From positions 1-64,000 of the IMG/VR virus record IMGVR_UViG_2595698952_000001: DNA of 64,000 nucleotides. The stretch is one strand, 5' to 3'. The notes under the pieces are model-generated. The model made no database searches, was not told where the DNA came from, and saw only the letters and a list, made by a program, of their open reading frames with translations. Made by a program: the position numbers and the translations under genes. Shown one piece after another: positions 20,497 to 29,490 of this stretch (position 1 is the first letter of the stretch; the number at the start of each line of letters is the position of its first letter). This DNA is from a virus (taxonomy: Duplodnaviria; Caudoviricetes).

Positions 20497-21249
20497 ATGT
20501 TAGAAGCCAATGTATTGTTTTCCAAAGACGGCAAGAAAACCATCAGCCTTGTTGAGTCCAAATTGAAATCCCGCAATCCCGATTTTAAGCATTATAATAT
20601 CGCGATTACGGATTTAGAGACAAACGAGACGTGGCCATTTGCTACGCACTTTCAGACAAACTCAACAATCTCTGATGAGGAAAACAAAGCGCGCGCTGTA
20701 CAAGCTTACATGAACGAACTGGGCATCTTGTTCTTTAAACTGATCGCCCGAAAAGATGAAGCCCGTGAAGCATATATCGCCGATGACTGGGAAAAGCTGG
20801 CTGAACTTTGCCCACGCTATATCATCACCAAGGACTTCCTGGAACCGCTTTCCCTGCACCTGCTGGGTACCCCGTGGGTGCATCCGCCTGTGTCACATTC
20901 ACGGAAAGCCACACTGAACTTCCGTGCTAATCACAAAGGTGTGTTGTTGGTGGCAACTTGTAAGCTAGGTTGGAGTCATCGGGCAATCTGTTCTGACCAG
21001 GTTACGGTGACGTACGATTTTAGTTTGCAAAGCGGTACCGTGAATGATTTTCGCGATGTCGGGTATCTCCAACTTCGTCACCATTACCAAAACGGTAACT
21101 GGCCAACCCTTAAGCAGTTTATGACCGAGTCACGCGTAGAACGTGTGATTGATGCCTGGCTATTGTCGTACAAGAATTTTCCGGCAAGCGGCTCGTCCGT
21201 ACAAATGACGCCTGTCCCTATTTCCACCCTTGATAATAACGAGAAGTAA
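20497..21249 (+). CDS. Hypothetical protein
   Basis: 250 aa ORF. Confidence 0.75.
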   Translation: MLEANVLFSKDGKKTISLVESKLKSRNPDFKHYNIAITDLETNETWPFATHFQTNSTISDEENKARAVQAYMNELGILFFKLIARKDEAREAYIADDWEKLAELCPRYIITKDFLEPLSLHLLGTPWVHPPVSHSRKATLNFRANHKGVLLVATCKLGWSHRAICSDQVTVTYDFSLQSGTVNDFRDVGYLQLRHHYQNGNWPTLKQFMTESRVERVIDAWLLSYKNFPASGSSVQMTPVPISTLDNNEK

Positions 21250-21270
21250 GCAGTACCATTCTTCCCGCCC

Positions 21271-21300
21271 AGGAGACCTTCGGGTCTCCTTCTTTTTTTT
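21271..21300 (+). terminator. Intrinsic terminator
   Basis: AGGAGACC-TTCG-GGTCTCCT followed by a T-run. Confidence 0.9.
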
Positions 21301-21355
21301 ATACGCCCCGTCCTAATAGTGTGAACAGCAACAATAATTAACTCGGGGATTTATC

Positions 21356-21979
21356 ATGTTAAGATCGGTGTCTATCGACGCTCCAGATTTCGCGGGCAAA
21401 GACACATTGTCAAACCTTGTCGTTGGGATGTTACGTGCAGCGGGCATTAACGCTGTCATGATTAACCACCCTACCAACGTGACTGAGCCAGGCATTCGTG
21501 CCCGTAACTTGGTCGGGCAAAGTGCGGCAAAACAAAAAATTGCAGAAGCCATGTGTGAAGACTTCCACATCACCATGGATGTAAAGGTGCCGATGTACGA
21601 CGTGGTCATCTTTAACCGCTTCTGTATCTCCACGATCGCCTACCAGGGTGTCGACGGTAAAGGCGAGGTGTTCCGCTCAAAGGTCGCTGACCATCCCAAT
21701 GCCCCACAGCTGTATGTGGCCATTGATGTTGATTACGACACTGCAATGACACGCTACAAAAAGCGTTTAGCAGAACAAGGCAAGAACTGGGATGACGAAG
21801 TCTTGACCATGCGCTATTTGCAGGACGAGCGTTCGTGGAACAGTTTGCGTGACGCCTATCGTTTTGCGCACCAGATTATCACTGAGGGCGGGGACAAGTT
21901 CCCGTTGGTTAATGTGGTCTCGGATGACAATATCGCATTAACCGCCAGCCAGATTGTACAGCGCATTCTGGAAGGTTAA
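21356..21979 (+). CDS. tmk: Thymidylate (dTMP) kinase
   Basis: P-loop IDAPDFAGKDT and NRFCISTIAYQG (DRY..S..AYQ motif). Confidence 0.8.
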   Translation: MLRSVSIDAPDFAGKDTLSNLVVGMLRAAGINAVMINHPTNVTEPGIRARNLVGQSAAKQKIAEAMCEDFHITMDVKVPMYDVVIFNRFCISTIAYQGVDGKGEVFRSKVADHPNAPQLYVAIDVDYDTAMTRYKKRLAEQGKNWDDEVLTMRYLQDERSWNSLRDAYRFAHQIITEGGDKFPLVNVVSDDNIALTASQIVQRILEG

Positions 21980-21982
21980 TGT

Positions 21983-22019
21983 AACCCCTCTTGCCTACGG
22001 GTAGGAGGGGTTTTATTTT
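21983..22019 (+). terminator. Intrinsic terminator
   Basis: AACCCCTCTTGCC-TACG-GGTAGGAGGGGTT followed by a T-run. Confidence 0.8.
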
Positions 22020-22029
22020 AAATTATCTT

Positions 22030-22055
22030 AGATATATTTTACCTAGGTGAGAGTT
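22030..22055 (+). promoter_or_regulatory. Putative phage early promoter
   Basis: AGATATATTTTACCTAGGTGAGAGTT, 24/26 identical to 38278..38303 and similar to the phiKZ early TATATTAC element. Confidence 0.7.
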
Positions 22056-22100
22056 GTACATTGAACTCTTATTCGACTATTAATCTAAAGGAGTATTACC

Positions 22101-22472
22101 ATGGCCCGTTTTAAACACGAATCAATGCACATTGTAAAAATGAAATTCCTGGTACGTTTGTCTTTCATTATCAAACGTATTACCGAAGTGGACATCACCC
22201 AGAAAGAGCTGGCTGAATTCATCGGCTGCTCCGCTTCCCAAATCTCCGCCGTGAAGAATGAGCGTGAACGCGCCGTCACGGTTGAGACACTGATGCGTAT
22301 CGCGGATGCCCTCAAGCTGACGTACAGTATTGAGCTGCGTTCCTTTAACGGTAAGGTGACCGAAGCCTTCCGCCTGGAATCGGCGGTAGAATACATGAAA
22401 GAGAATCCTATCCGTGTACTGGAAACCGGTATCCGTATTCTCTCTCGTCGTCACGACGTTGTCACGCACTAA
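22101..22472 (+). CDS. XRE-family helix-turn-helix protein
   Basis: ITQKELAEFIGCSASQISAVKNE...VTVETLMRIADAL. Confidence 0.85.
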   Translation: MARFKHESMHIVKMKFLVRLSFIIKRITEVDITQKELAEFIGCSASQISAVKNERERAVTVETLMRIADALKLTYSIELRSFNGKVTEAFRLESAVEYMKENPIRVLETGIRILSRRHDVVTH

Positions 22473-22481
22473 GGAGACGGT

Positions 22482-22862
22482 ATGAACTGGCATGTCCATG
22501 GAATCACCGCCAAGGTGATGAAAGAAGACCATGACCGTTGTAAGCATTTGAAGGTCGGGCAAATGGCAACACGTTACACCGCAGAGTGTGATTTGTTCGG
22601 ACGAGAAACGTACTACGTGTGCGAACCGTGCTATGTGAAGTTGCAGGAGGAATTGAAACAGGAAGAGGTAACATGCTCGGACTGTGGCGGAAACTTCCCT
22701 CGCAAACAAACGACGATGTGGAAGTGGTACGATTTCGACCACTTGCAAGGCGATGAAGCATTGTGCATCTGTGACAATTGCTCGTCCTTGCCCCGCCATC
22801 AGAATCGGGTCGAACAAGACAAGCGTAACTACGAGGAAGAGTTCCCCGAAGTTGCCGAATAA
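22482..22862 (+). CDS. Cys-rich putative zinc-binding protein
   Basis: CEPC, CSDC and CDNC pairs; AAGGAG RBS. Confidence 0.7.
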   Translation: MNWHVHGITAKVMKEDHDRCKHLKVGQMATRYTAECDLFGRETYYVCEPCYVKLQEELKQEEVTCSDCGGNFPRKQTTMWKWYDFDHLQGDEALCICDNCSSLPRHQNRVEQDKRNYEEEFPEVAE

Positions 22863-22868
22863 GAAACT

Positions 22869-22894
22869 GGGAGCTTAGGCTCCCTTTCTTTTTT
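22869..22894 (+). terminator. Intrinsic terminator
   Basis: GGGAGC-TTAG-GCTCCC followed by a T-run. Confidence 0.8.
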
Positions 22895-23061
22895 GTCTTT
22901 TTACACGATACCCTATTGTTGTGAAAGCCTGTGTCTTTTGGACAAGGCGTAAACTATCACCTACGGCTATGCACGGCGATACGTTCTCAAGTTGACGTGG
23001 TTATCAGGGAAGTTAATAAAAACCTGCCACAGGGCTTCTGAGAGCGTTTTAGAGGGTATTA

Positions 23062-23880
23062 ATGATTAAACCAATTCTTAAGTGGATGGGTGGGAAGTCT
23101 CGTATCCTCCCTGTCCTATTACAACACCTGCCTCAACGCAACACGTTTGTGGAACCGTTCGTGGGTGCAGGTTCGGTATTCCTGAATACCGATTATGACA
23201 ATTACATTTTGGCGGATTCAAACCCTGACCTGATTGAGCTATTGTCAATTGCAAAAGACCAACCCGAAGCGTTAATCGCTGCTACCCAACCGTTGTTCGT
23301 AGACGGGAATGTACGGCGAACGTTTATGGAGCGGCGTGAGGCGTTTAACGCCGCAGGTACCGATGGGATGTCGCGAGTTGATCGTGCAGCAATGTTTTTG
23401 TACTTAATGCGCCACGGGTATAACGGGATGTGTCGTTATAACGGAAGCGGGGGCTTTAATGTGCCGTTCGGCAAATACCCCAACGGGGTGTATTATCCGC
23501 TGAATGAGATTAATGCCTGGGCGAAGAAATGCAAAGACGCTGATGTGACTTTGCTGTGTGCAGATTTCCGCACCGTACTGGAGTCGTGTCCAGACAACGC
23601 AGTTATCTACGCTGACCCGCCATATATCCCGCTGTCCGAAACAGCGAAACACGCGCAATACCACAAAAAAGAATTCTCGCAAACCGACCACCGTGTGCTT
23701 TCCCGTATGCTGTTCGCGCAGGTTGAACGGGGAAACAATGTGGTGTTGTCCAATGCAGATACTTTATTAACTCGCGAAATCTATCACGGCTTCAACTGGC
23801 ACACAGTGGAGGTCGGACGGTATATGTCCGCGGATAAATCGAAACGTAAAACGGTACCTGAATTAATCGGTGTACTGTAA
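23062..23880 (+). CDS. dam: DNA adenine methyltransferase (Dam family)
   Basis: LKWMGGK, FVEPFVGAGSVF, GMCRYN..GGFNVPFG and YADPPY. Confidence 0.95.
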   Translation: MIKPILKWMGGKSRILPVLLQHLPQRNTFVEPFVGAGSVFLNTDYDNYILADSNPDLIELLSIAKDQPEALIAATQPLFVDGNVRRTFMERREAFNAAGTDGMSRVDRAAMFLYLMRHGYNGMCRYNGSGGFNVPFGKYPNGVYYPLNEINAWAKKCKDADVTLLCADFRTVLESCPDNAVIYADPPYIPLSETAKHAQYHKKEFSQTDHRVLSRMLFAQVERGNNVVLSNADTLLTREIYHGFNWHTVEVGRYMSADKSKRKTVPELIGVL

Positions 23881-23889
23881 GGGTAAGCT

Positions 23890-24696
23890 ATGAACGTTTA
23901 TGATGTTTACGCCGATAACGATGACCAGAAATCGGTTACCTTTGCGGGCAAACTCACACGGCTGGAGAAGGTCAGGGAAAGTATTCAGGGGATGCGTCCG
24001 TTGGATGAGGACAGTCACTGGTTGGTGGTGACGAACAGCGGTACTGTGCAACTGTATTTCCGTGGCACAGTCAATGGTGGGGTGTTGTATCTGTACGAAC
24101 TGCATTCGCTGTGTGCGGAGCCGATGTTTACCGCCTGGCGGTCGTTGATGCGCCAGTTAGAAGTGAAGCACATTGATTTGTCTGTACGTCATGACGATCG
24201 TAGCCACGTTCATCTGTACGAACAGCTGGGTTTCGAGTGCGTTTCCCAACGTGTGGAAATCACCGTTACCGCAGATGCTGTCTTTGAACCAGATTCCAAC
24301 GTGGTGGGTATCGAAAACCTGAGTATTGAGCAGACAGGTGAATTGTGTACGCTGATACGTGCTCGAGCTGTCACTGACAAAGCTGCCGAAGAGTTGCTCG
24401 GCGAGTTGGCGATGGGGTTCATCAGTGGTGTCGTGCTGCTGACGGACAATCACGTTGGGGCGTGTTTGTTGTACAAAGAGTTCCCGAAGATGTTGGTCGG
24501 GGAACAATGTTTCTGTGTGATGGCCACCACTGACCCGGACTACGGTCATGTCTTTGGCCTGTGTTACGCTGGGTTAATGTTGTTGGGGCAGCGCACACAG
24601 AAGAAAATTAATCTGGGCTTTGCTGCCGATTATCACCCAACCGCACAGGAGGGCGTGGTCTATCGGCCAGTAACGCACCACTATTCGTTGCGATGA
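23890..24696 (+). CDS. Divergent GNAT-like protein
   Basis: IDLSVRHDD...HLYEQLGF resembles the GNAT C-terminal motif; acetyl-CoA motif is not evident. Confidence 0.5.
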   Translation: MNVYDVYADNDDQKSVTFAGKLTRLEKVRESIQGMRPLDEDSHWLVVTNSGTVQLYFRGTVNGGVLYLYELHSLCAEPMFTAWRSLMRQLEVKHIDLSVRHDDRSHVHLYEQLGFECVSQRVEITVTADAVFEPDSNVVGIENLSIEQTGELCTLIRARAVTDKAAEELLGELAMGFISGVVLLTDNHVGACLLYKEFPKMLVGEQCFCVMATTDPDYGHVFGLCYAGLMLLGQRTQKKINLGFAADYHPTAQEGVVYRPVTHHYSLR

Positions 24697-25523
24697 GGGC
24701 AGGCATGTTACGAATTGTAGAACGCACAGAGCATTTGTTGGATAGGGAATGGTTGGAAGACCGACACGCTTTGTTCTTTCTTGAACGTATCCGTTTAGAT
24801 GACATGAAACCACCGCGTAAGTTGTTTTATCGAATCTTTGAAGCGTTTGAGAGTGAGTCTCCGGCACCGAGTGCGGTGGTTTTGTGTTTAGACCACGGTT
24901 TCATGCTGGAGCTTATCACCATGGCTCGCGACGAGAAGGCTAAGCTGTCTTCCCTCGCCGACGACTTACTGACCGCGACGTTGCACACGTATATCGTGAC
25001 GCACACCGTGGAAGAAGGTGAGGTGTACGCCCGTATGGGGTTCCATTGTTCTACCGTGAACTACCGCATTAAGAACCCGCAACCGGAACAACCGGATGTT
25101 GACTTCCAGCCTACACTGGAAGCGGCATTTGATACCCGCGAGAAGTTTCTGGAATGGATTTCGGTCATTTACGGCCGCGAATCCATTTACGACATCATGC
25201 TCACTGGGGGTCGGTTTGTTTCGATGCGGGATGACGCAGGGCTATGTGTGACGGTTATCTCTACGTCCCCTGGCAATGAGCGTTGGGTGGTCGGCAAAGC
25301 GTTTGACGGGCAGGGCAATATTCTGCAACTGACTACCGCACGCTTTGCGGCGTTTATGAAATGTATTTTGTCCTCGTTACCGAAAGGTGAAGAGGTGGTT
25401 TATACCTACCACCAGTTTGAAGGTGGGAATGAAGCCATGTGGTTGCTGCAAAACGGTTGGCTACCGGAAAGCTTTGAATACGCCCGTTCTAAATCCCATA
25501 AAGGAGTAACTAATGCAAATTAA
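24693..25523 (+). CDS. Hypothetical protein, possibly tandem GNAT-like
   Basis: VYARMGF and NEAMWLLQNGW resemble GNAT ends; ATGA overlap with the previous gene. Confidence 0.45.
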   Translation: MRAGMLRIVERTEHLLDREWLEDRHALFFLERIRLDDMKPPRKLFYRIFEAFESESPAPSAVVLCLDHGFMLELITMARDEKAKLSSLADDLLTATLHTYIVTHTVEEGEVYARMGFHCSTVNYRIKNPQPEQPDVDFQPTLEAAFDTREKFLEWISVIYGRESIYDIMLTGGRFVSMRDDAGLCVTVISTSPGNERWVVGKAFDGQGNILQLTTARFAAFMKCILSSLPKGEEVVYTYHQFEGGNEAMWLLQNGWLPESFEYARSKSHKGVTNAN

Positions 25524-25797
25524 TCGTTCTATTGCCAAAACCAAAGAAGTGGTTTACACCGTTGTCGACGGTAACGACGAACAGTTCGCTGCGGTCATCG
25601 ATGAAGACCATGTTTTGCAGGTAGCCTACCCAGGCGAAGAAGTGACCCGTGGACACCAACGTGTCCTGGATAAACTGATTGCCAAAGTGAAAGGTCGTGA
25701 CGGGGTGAAAACCTACAATGTGCTGACTGGCTACACGCTGCAACAAGGCGAGAGCGAAATCCTGATTGTGGCCAACGGCGTATCCGAACTCGTTTAG
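25513..25797 (+). CDS. Hypothetical protein
   Basis: 94 aa, AAGGAG RBS. Confidence 0.7.
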   Translation: MQINRSIAKTKEVVYTVVDGNDEQFAAVIDEDHVLQVAYPGEEVTRGHQRVLDKLIAKVKGRDGVKTYNVLTGYTLQQGESEILIVANGVSELV

Positions 25798-25812
25798 TAT
25801 GACCCTGAAACT

Positions 25813-26313
25813 GTGTTGAGGTTTACCATGGATATGATCGAACTTGGTCAAATGGACCAGCACAACTTCGACCTGGATGTTCGTAGCCGCGAAGACTGTT
25901 CACCTGAGGTGATGATGTCGGCGTACCACGAACTGTTAACCGGCGAGCCACTGACTGACGAATACGTACACCGTTTCGAGAAAGTGCTTGCTGGCCTTAT
26001 CGGGTCGAATGCTGCCCATGTTGGCCTGCTGCATGAAATGAACTTCTCAGGCGTCGAACCACTGGATGCTGCGGCTATCTTAAAAGACGGCGCAGCCCCT
26101 GGCGACGAAGTGATGGACATGATTGCAAATATCCGCGCGCAGTTTGATGAAGCTGCTGAGAAGTACGCGGAGGAATTGGAAGGACGAGATTTAGTGGCCC
26201 CACTAGACCCGAACCCAACCGATGAACAGCGTCGTGCAGCAAAACTGACGCTCGCACGTTATATCATCGCAGCCATCCTCACCGATGACCGTGAAGAAAA
26301 CGAGCTGAGTTAA
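25813..26313 (+). CDS. Acidic hypothetical protein
   Basis: 166 aa ORF (start may be ATG 25828 after GAGG), followed by a terminator. Confidence 0.7.
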   Translation: MLRFTMDMIELGQMDQHNFDLDVRSREDCSPEVMMSAYHELLTGEPLTDEYVHRFEKVLAGLIGSNAAHVGLLHEMNFSGVEPLDAAAILKDGAAPGDEVMDMIANIRAQFDEAAEKYAEELEGRDLVAPLDPNPTDEQRRAAKLTLARYIIAAILTDDREENELS

Positions 26314-26319
26314 GGCGTG

Positions 26320-26359
26320 CCTCCTTGCCTACGGGTGAGGAGGTTCCCTTTATTTTTTT
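26320..26359 (+). terminator. Intrinsic terminator
   Basis: CCTCCTTGCC-TACG-GGTGAGGAGG followed by a T-run. Confidence 0.75.
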
Positions 26360-26412
26360 ACACTGGGCCACCTACTTATGTGAAAATCGCCCAACCTTTG
26401 AGGAAGAAATAA

Positions 26413-26748
26413 ATGTGGATTAGTTCGATTCATCGTGACCTGCCTAAAATTGTGGACTTCGGCACTTCGACAACCGGTGACCCGCACCCGGAGCCAGTCC
26501 AGATTGACGTGGGACTGGTGCGCTTTGACCGTATGGAAGAAGGCATGTTCATCGTTATCGATGACAAAGAAAACGAATTTGTGCTGTTCCACGAAGAAGT
26601 GGATACCAGCGAAATCGTTGAAGGTGTCTGGCTGGCAAGCTGGCACGACAAAACCACGGACAAGTGGATGTGGGCAACCGCAAAACAAGTCGGCGAAAAT
26701 TCCTTTGTGCTGAGTGAGAAGCATCACGTCGAGCCGATTCCTCACTGA
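26413..26748 (+). CDS. Hypothetical protein
   Basis: 111 aa, GAGGA RBS. Confidence 0.7.
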   Translation: MWISSIHRDLPKIVDFGTSTTGDPHPEPVQIDVGLVRFDRMEEGMFIVIDDKENEFVLFHEEVDTSEIVEGVWLASWHDKTTDKWMWATAKQVGENSFVLSEKHHVEPIPH

Positions 26749-26762
26749 TCGCAAATCCTTTC

Positions 26763-26783
26763 AGATAGATGTTATTCAAGGGA
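26763..26783 (+). promoter_or_regulatory. Putative phage early promoter
   Basis: AGATAGATGTTATTCAAGGGA, followed by a GGGAG...CTCCC hairpin. Confidence 0.55.
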
Positions 26784-26821
26784 GAACTTATACACTCCCT
26801 GTTAAACCTAAAGGAATACTC

Positions 26822-27442
26822 ATGAAATCAATCGCCATCCCCATGGGCACTGTTCAGTTCCCAGAGTTTTCTGGCATCCGTATTTACCTGGCCGAAGCCT
26901 TGGCAGGTGTTGCACACAAACTGGTGGAAGGTCCTTACTCCGCCATTGTTCGCAAGATGTTGGATGATGCACAGATTCCAGCAGACCAGAAAGTTTTCCT
27001 TACCATTGACGAAAAGGAACTGGCCGCCGGTCAGCCGCATCGTCGTGGTGGTGCACACATCGACGGTGTGTACGATATGTTTGCCGATGAAACCCGTATG
27101 GGCTGGGGCGGCGGTGGTGGTTGGTTAAATGGTGTTCCTGGTCGGATGCTTGACGATGCAGGCCACAAACGTTCTTACCAAAATGAGAACGGTGGCATGT
27201 TGATCGTTTCCAGCTTCCCTGCCTGTCAGGTGTGGACCGGTGAGTTAGACGGTGTGGCCGGACAAGGCGGGAGTTGCGAGCATCTGCGCGACAAGTTCGA
27301 TACTCTGGAGACGAGCGTAATGGACGCCAACCGCGTTTACAAAGCCAGCTCCATGTGTATCCACGAGTCGCTTCCTGTAACGCAGGACGTTAAACGTCAG
27401 CTGTTACGAATCACGCTGTCGGAGCAATACCAATTTCATTGA
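26822..27442 (+). CDS. 2OG-Fe(II) oxygenase-like / double-stranded beta-helix protein
   Basis: HRRGGAHIDG (HxD), distal IHES and RQLLRI; ATG 26822 after AAGGA. Confidence 0.6.
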   Translation: MKSIAIPMGTVQFPEFSGIRIYLAEALAGVAHKLVEGPYSAIVRKMLDDAQIPADQKVFLTIDEKELAAGQPHRRGGAHIDGVYDMFADETRMGWGGGGGWLNGVPGRMLDDAGHKRSYQNENGGMLIVSSFPACQVWTGELDGVAGQGGSCEHLRDKFDTLETSVMDANRVYKASSMCIHESLPVTQDVKRQLLRITLSEQYQFH

Positions 27443-27465
27443 GGTAGGCTCCAAGGAGAAATCCC

Positions 27466-27780
27466 ATGGCTAAGCAATATACCATTGTTAAACGTGAAGG
27501 TACGACGCTGCTGTACGCAGAGAAGGATGGCGACAAAGACGCCGTGGCCAAGAAACTGAACCTGCAAGGGTTCCTCTATCAGGGTCTGCGTAAAGGTCTT
27601 ACTATCGTCTTCAAAGGGTTACCTCAAGCCAAGAACCTGCGTGTTCTTCGTGCCGACGGTAACCTGAAGGCGTTGACTCCGGATGTTCCAGTTGACACCT
27701 TGCCGGTGAAAGCTGTGAAGAAGCCCGCAGCCAAAACCGCCAAAGCTCCTGTGAAGTCTCGCAGCCGGGTAACGGCATAA
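27466..27780 (+). CDS. Small basic protein with Lys/Ala/Pro-rich tail
   Basis: AAGGAG RBS; ends VKAVKKPAAKTAKAPVKSRSRVTA. Confidence 0.75.
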   Translation: MAKQYTIVKREGTTLLYAEKDGDKDAVAKKLNLQGFLYQGLRKGLTIVFKGLPQAKNLRVLRADGNLKALTPDVPVDTLPVKAVKKPAAKTAKAPVKSRSRVTA

Positions 27781-27783
27781 CCT

Positions 27784-27820
27784 AATCCCTACCCCGATAA
27801 AGGGTAGGGATTCTTTTATT
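27784..27820 (+). terminator. Intrinsic terminator
   Basis: AATCCCTACCC...GGGTAGGGATT followed by a T-rich tail. Confidence 0.8.
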
Positions 27821-27843
27821 AATTCCCTAGGGAAATAAACATC

Positions 27844-28293
27844 ATGTTTCAAAACTCAGTTGTGTCAACGACGGAATTAGTTGCGTTCAAACGGCGCACC
27901 TCCCAGGCACTTGAGGAGGAAAACCGTCTTGGTGGAATGAAGGAAGTGGTGGAAGCCTTCCTTAACTGGCCGCACGTTGCCACCCTGTGGTGTAACGAAG
28001 GGCAAACCCGTGTCGAAGGTGGAAAGCATCGCACGCGGAACCATCATTATATTTCGTTTGTGGTAACGCAGGAAGGACTGCATGACCTTGAGAACATCTA
28101 CAGTGCGTGGCAGACTCACCCGTTAAGTGAGCGTATTCAAATCACGCTTTCCAGAATGCGTTTTGGCCCAGCAGAAACCGAGACCTTCGGCGGTTGGACG
28201 TTCAAACTTAACTACCGTCCTGACCCAGAAGTTATAAAGGATGTGTGTGAGCATTGGTTAAAGATCGCCAATTTTACAGATAGCGACCATTAA
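27844..28293 (+). CDS. Hypothetical protein, TYW3-like motif (paralog of the next gene)
   Basis: L.AFK.RT..ALE and VEAFLNWPHVATLWCNEG. Confidence 0.5.
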   Translation: MFQNSVVSTTELVAFKRRTSQALEEENRLGGMKEVVEAFLNWPHVATLWCNEGQTRVEGGKHRTRNHHYISFVVTQEGLHDLENIYSAWQTHPLSERIQITLSRMRFGPAETETFGGWTFKLNYRPDPEVIKDVCEHWLKIANFTDSDH

Positions 28294-28315
28294 ATGTAAG
28301 ACCCTAAAGGAGGAT

Positions 28316-28792
28316 GTGATGAAGAAGCGTTATGGTGGTATTAGCTTATCGGATTTGAAAGCGTTTAAGCAACGTACCTTTGAAGCACTGGAAAAGAAAT
28401 GGATTGAAGCCGGTATCCGGGAAGCGTGTAAAGCCATCAATAAGCACCCTGGCGCAACTACCGTGTGGGCTTGTCAGGGACACGGCCCGTACTCAAAGAA
28501 GAAGGCTCCGAACAACTGCAACATTGTGTTTGCGGTAGCCGCTGGGTACGAGCACCTGATTGATGAGTTTATCGCTGAGTTGATGGACTCAGAGTTGCCC
28601 CCGTTATGGAATCTGGCACTGTGCCGTTTACAGTATCCCGATGCGTCGTTCCACATGTTGGAAGACACCACGTTGAAGAACACTTACAACGCCTGGCAAA
28701 TCTCCTACGGGTTCATGCACACCGAAGCGATATTGCGCGAAGTGCGTAAGACTTTCCTTTCCGCTGCTAATAAGGTATTCCGTTCAAAATGA
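28316..28792 (+). CDS. Hypothetical protein, TYW3-like motif
   Basis: IEAGIREACKAINKHPGATTVWACQGH resembles the D..I..l...IN....T.sSC.G[RH] motif. Confidence 0.5.
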   Translation: MMKKRYGGISLSDLKAFKQRTFEALEKKWIEAGIREACKAINKHPGATTVWACQGHGPYSKKKAPNNCNIVFAVAAGYEHLIDEFIAELMDSELPPLWNLALCRLQYPDASFHMLEDTTLKNTYNAWQISYGFMHTEAILREVRKTFLSAANKVFRSK

Positions 28793-29490
28793 GCAAACAA
28801 AAGAAACCCCGCAACAAAAAATATAATCCTCGCCAGGCACTGGACAACAACGCCTTGCAGGTTGCTGAGAACGCCCTGAACCGTATCACGTTCATTGGCA
28901 GCTCCATTCGACGTATGGCCCCGTATGCCGGTCGTGGGTTCCACATGACCACCACACCACGTATTCGCATGATCGCCACGGATATGCTCGTACAGGGCCT
29001 CTACGACCAGAACCGGGCATGGAAGCTCTGGGTCGCTCACTTGTCTTCCAACTCTGCTGGGGAAATTGAGGCTGAGTCAATGGTCTGTACCCTGGACGAT
29101 TACAACCTAGGTGATTTCTGCCAACACGCGGAACAAATCATTCGTGACCTGCGTCCCGAAGGTGCAGGAGAATACTTCGGTTACGCGTTTGTCGCCGCGC
29201 CTAACGAGCGCTACGAACTGGCGGAATCCGAAGACCGTCTGCTGGAAAACTTCATGCACTCTGGCCTCCTCGATAAAGAGAAACACCTCGACGAGAAAGA
29301 CCAGTTTGTCACCCGTGAACAAATGACCATTATGCTGATGTCGGACACCGGTAAGTTCGATGTGAACGTTCAGCATAAAGTCGAAGTACCGGATATGGTC
29401 TACAAGACCCGTGAAGAAACCTTATTGGAGACAGTCGATGTTCCTGAAGAGAATAAAGGCGCTGTTCAAGAAAGAGAAGACGACTACTGA
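28789..29490 (+). CDS. Hypothetical protein with basic N-terminus
   Basis: Starts MSKQKKPRNKKYNP; ATGA overlap with the previous gene. Confidence 0.75.
   Translation: MSKQKKPRNKKYNPRQALDNNALQVAENALNRITFIGSSIRRMAPYAGRGFHMTTTPRIRMIATDMLVQGLYDQNRAWKLWVAHLSSNSAGEIEAESMVCTLDDYNLGDFCQHAEQIIRDLRPEGAGEYFGYAFVAAPNERYELAESEDRLLENFMHSGLLDKEKHLDEKDQFVTREQMTIMLMSDTGKFDVNVQHKVEVPDMVYKTREETLLETVDVPEENKGAVQEREDDY

Noticed and set aside
22101-22472. XRE HTH as a lysogeny repressor or prophage marker
   Set aside because: No integrase, att site or S24 peptidase domain; the context is a lytic jumbo phage.
22482-22862. Cys-rich ORF as substrate of the radical SAM maturase
   Set aside because: Cys spacing is CxxC (zinc-finger-like), not a CxxxC repeat, and it lies 40 kb away in an early operon.
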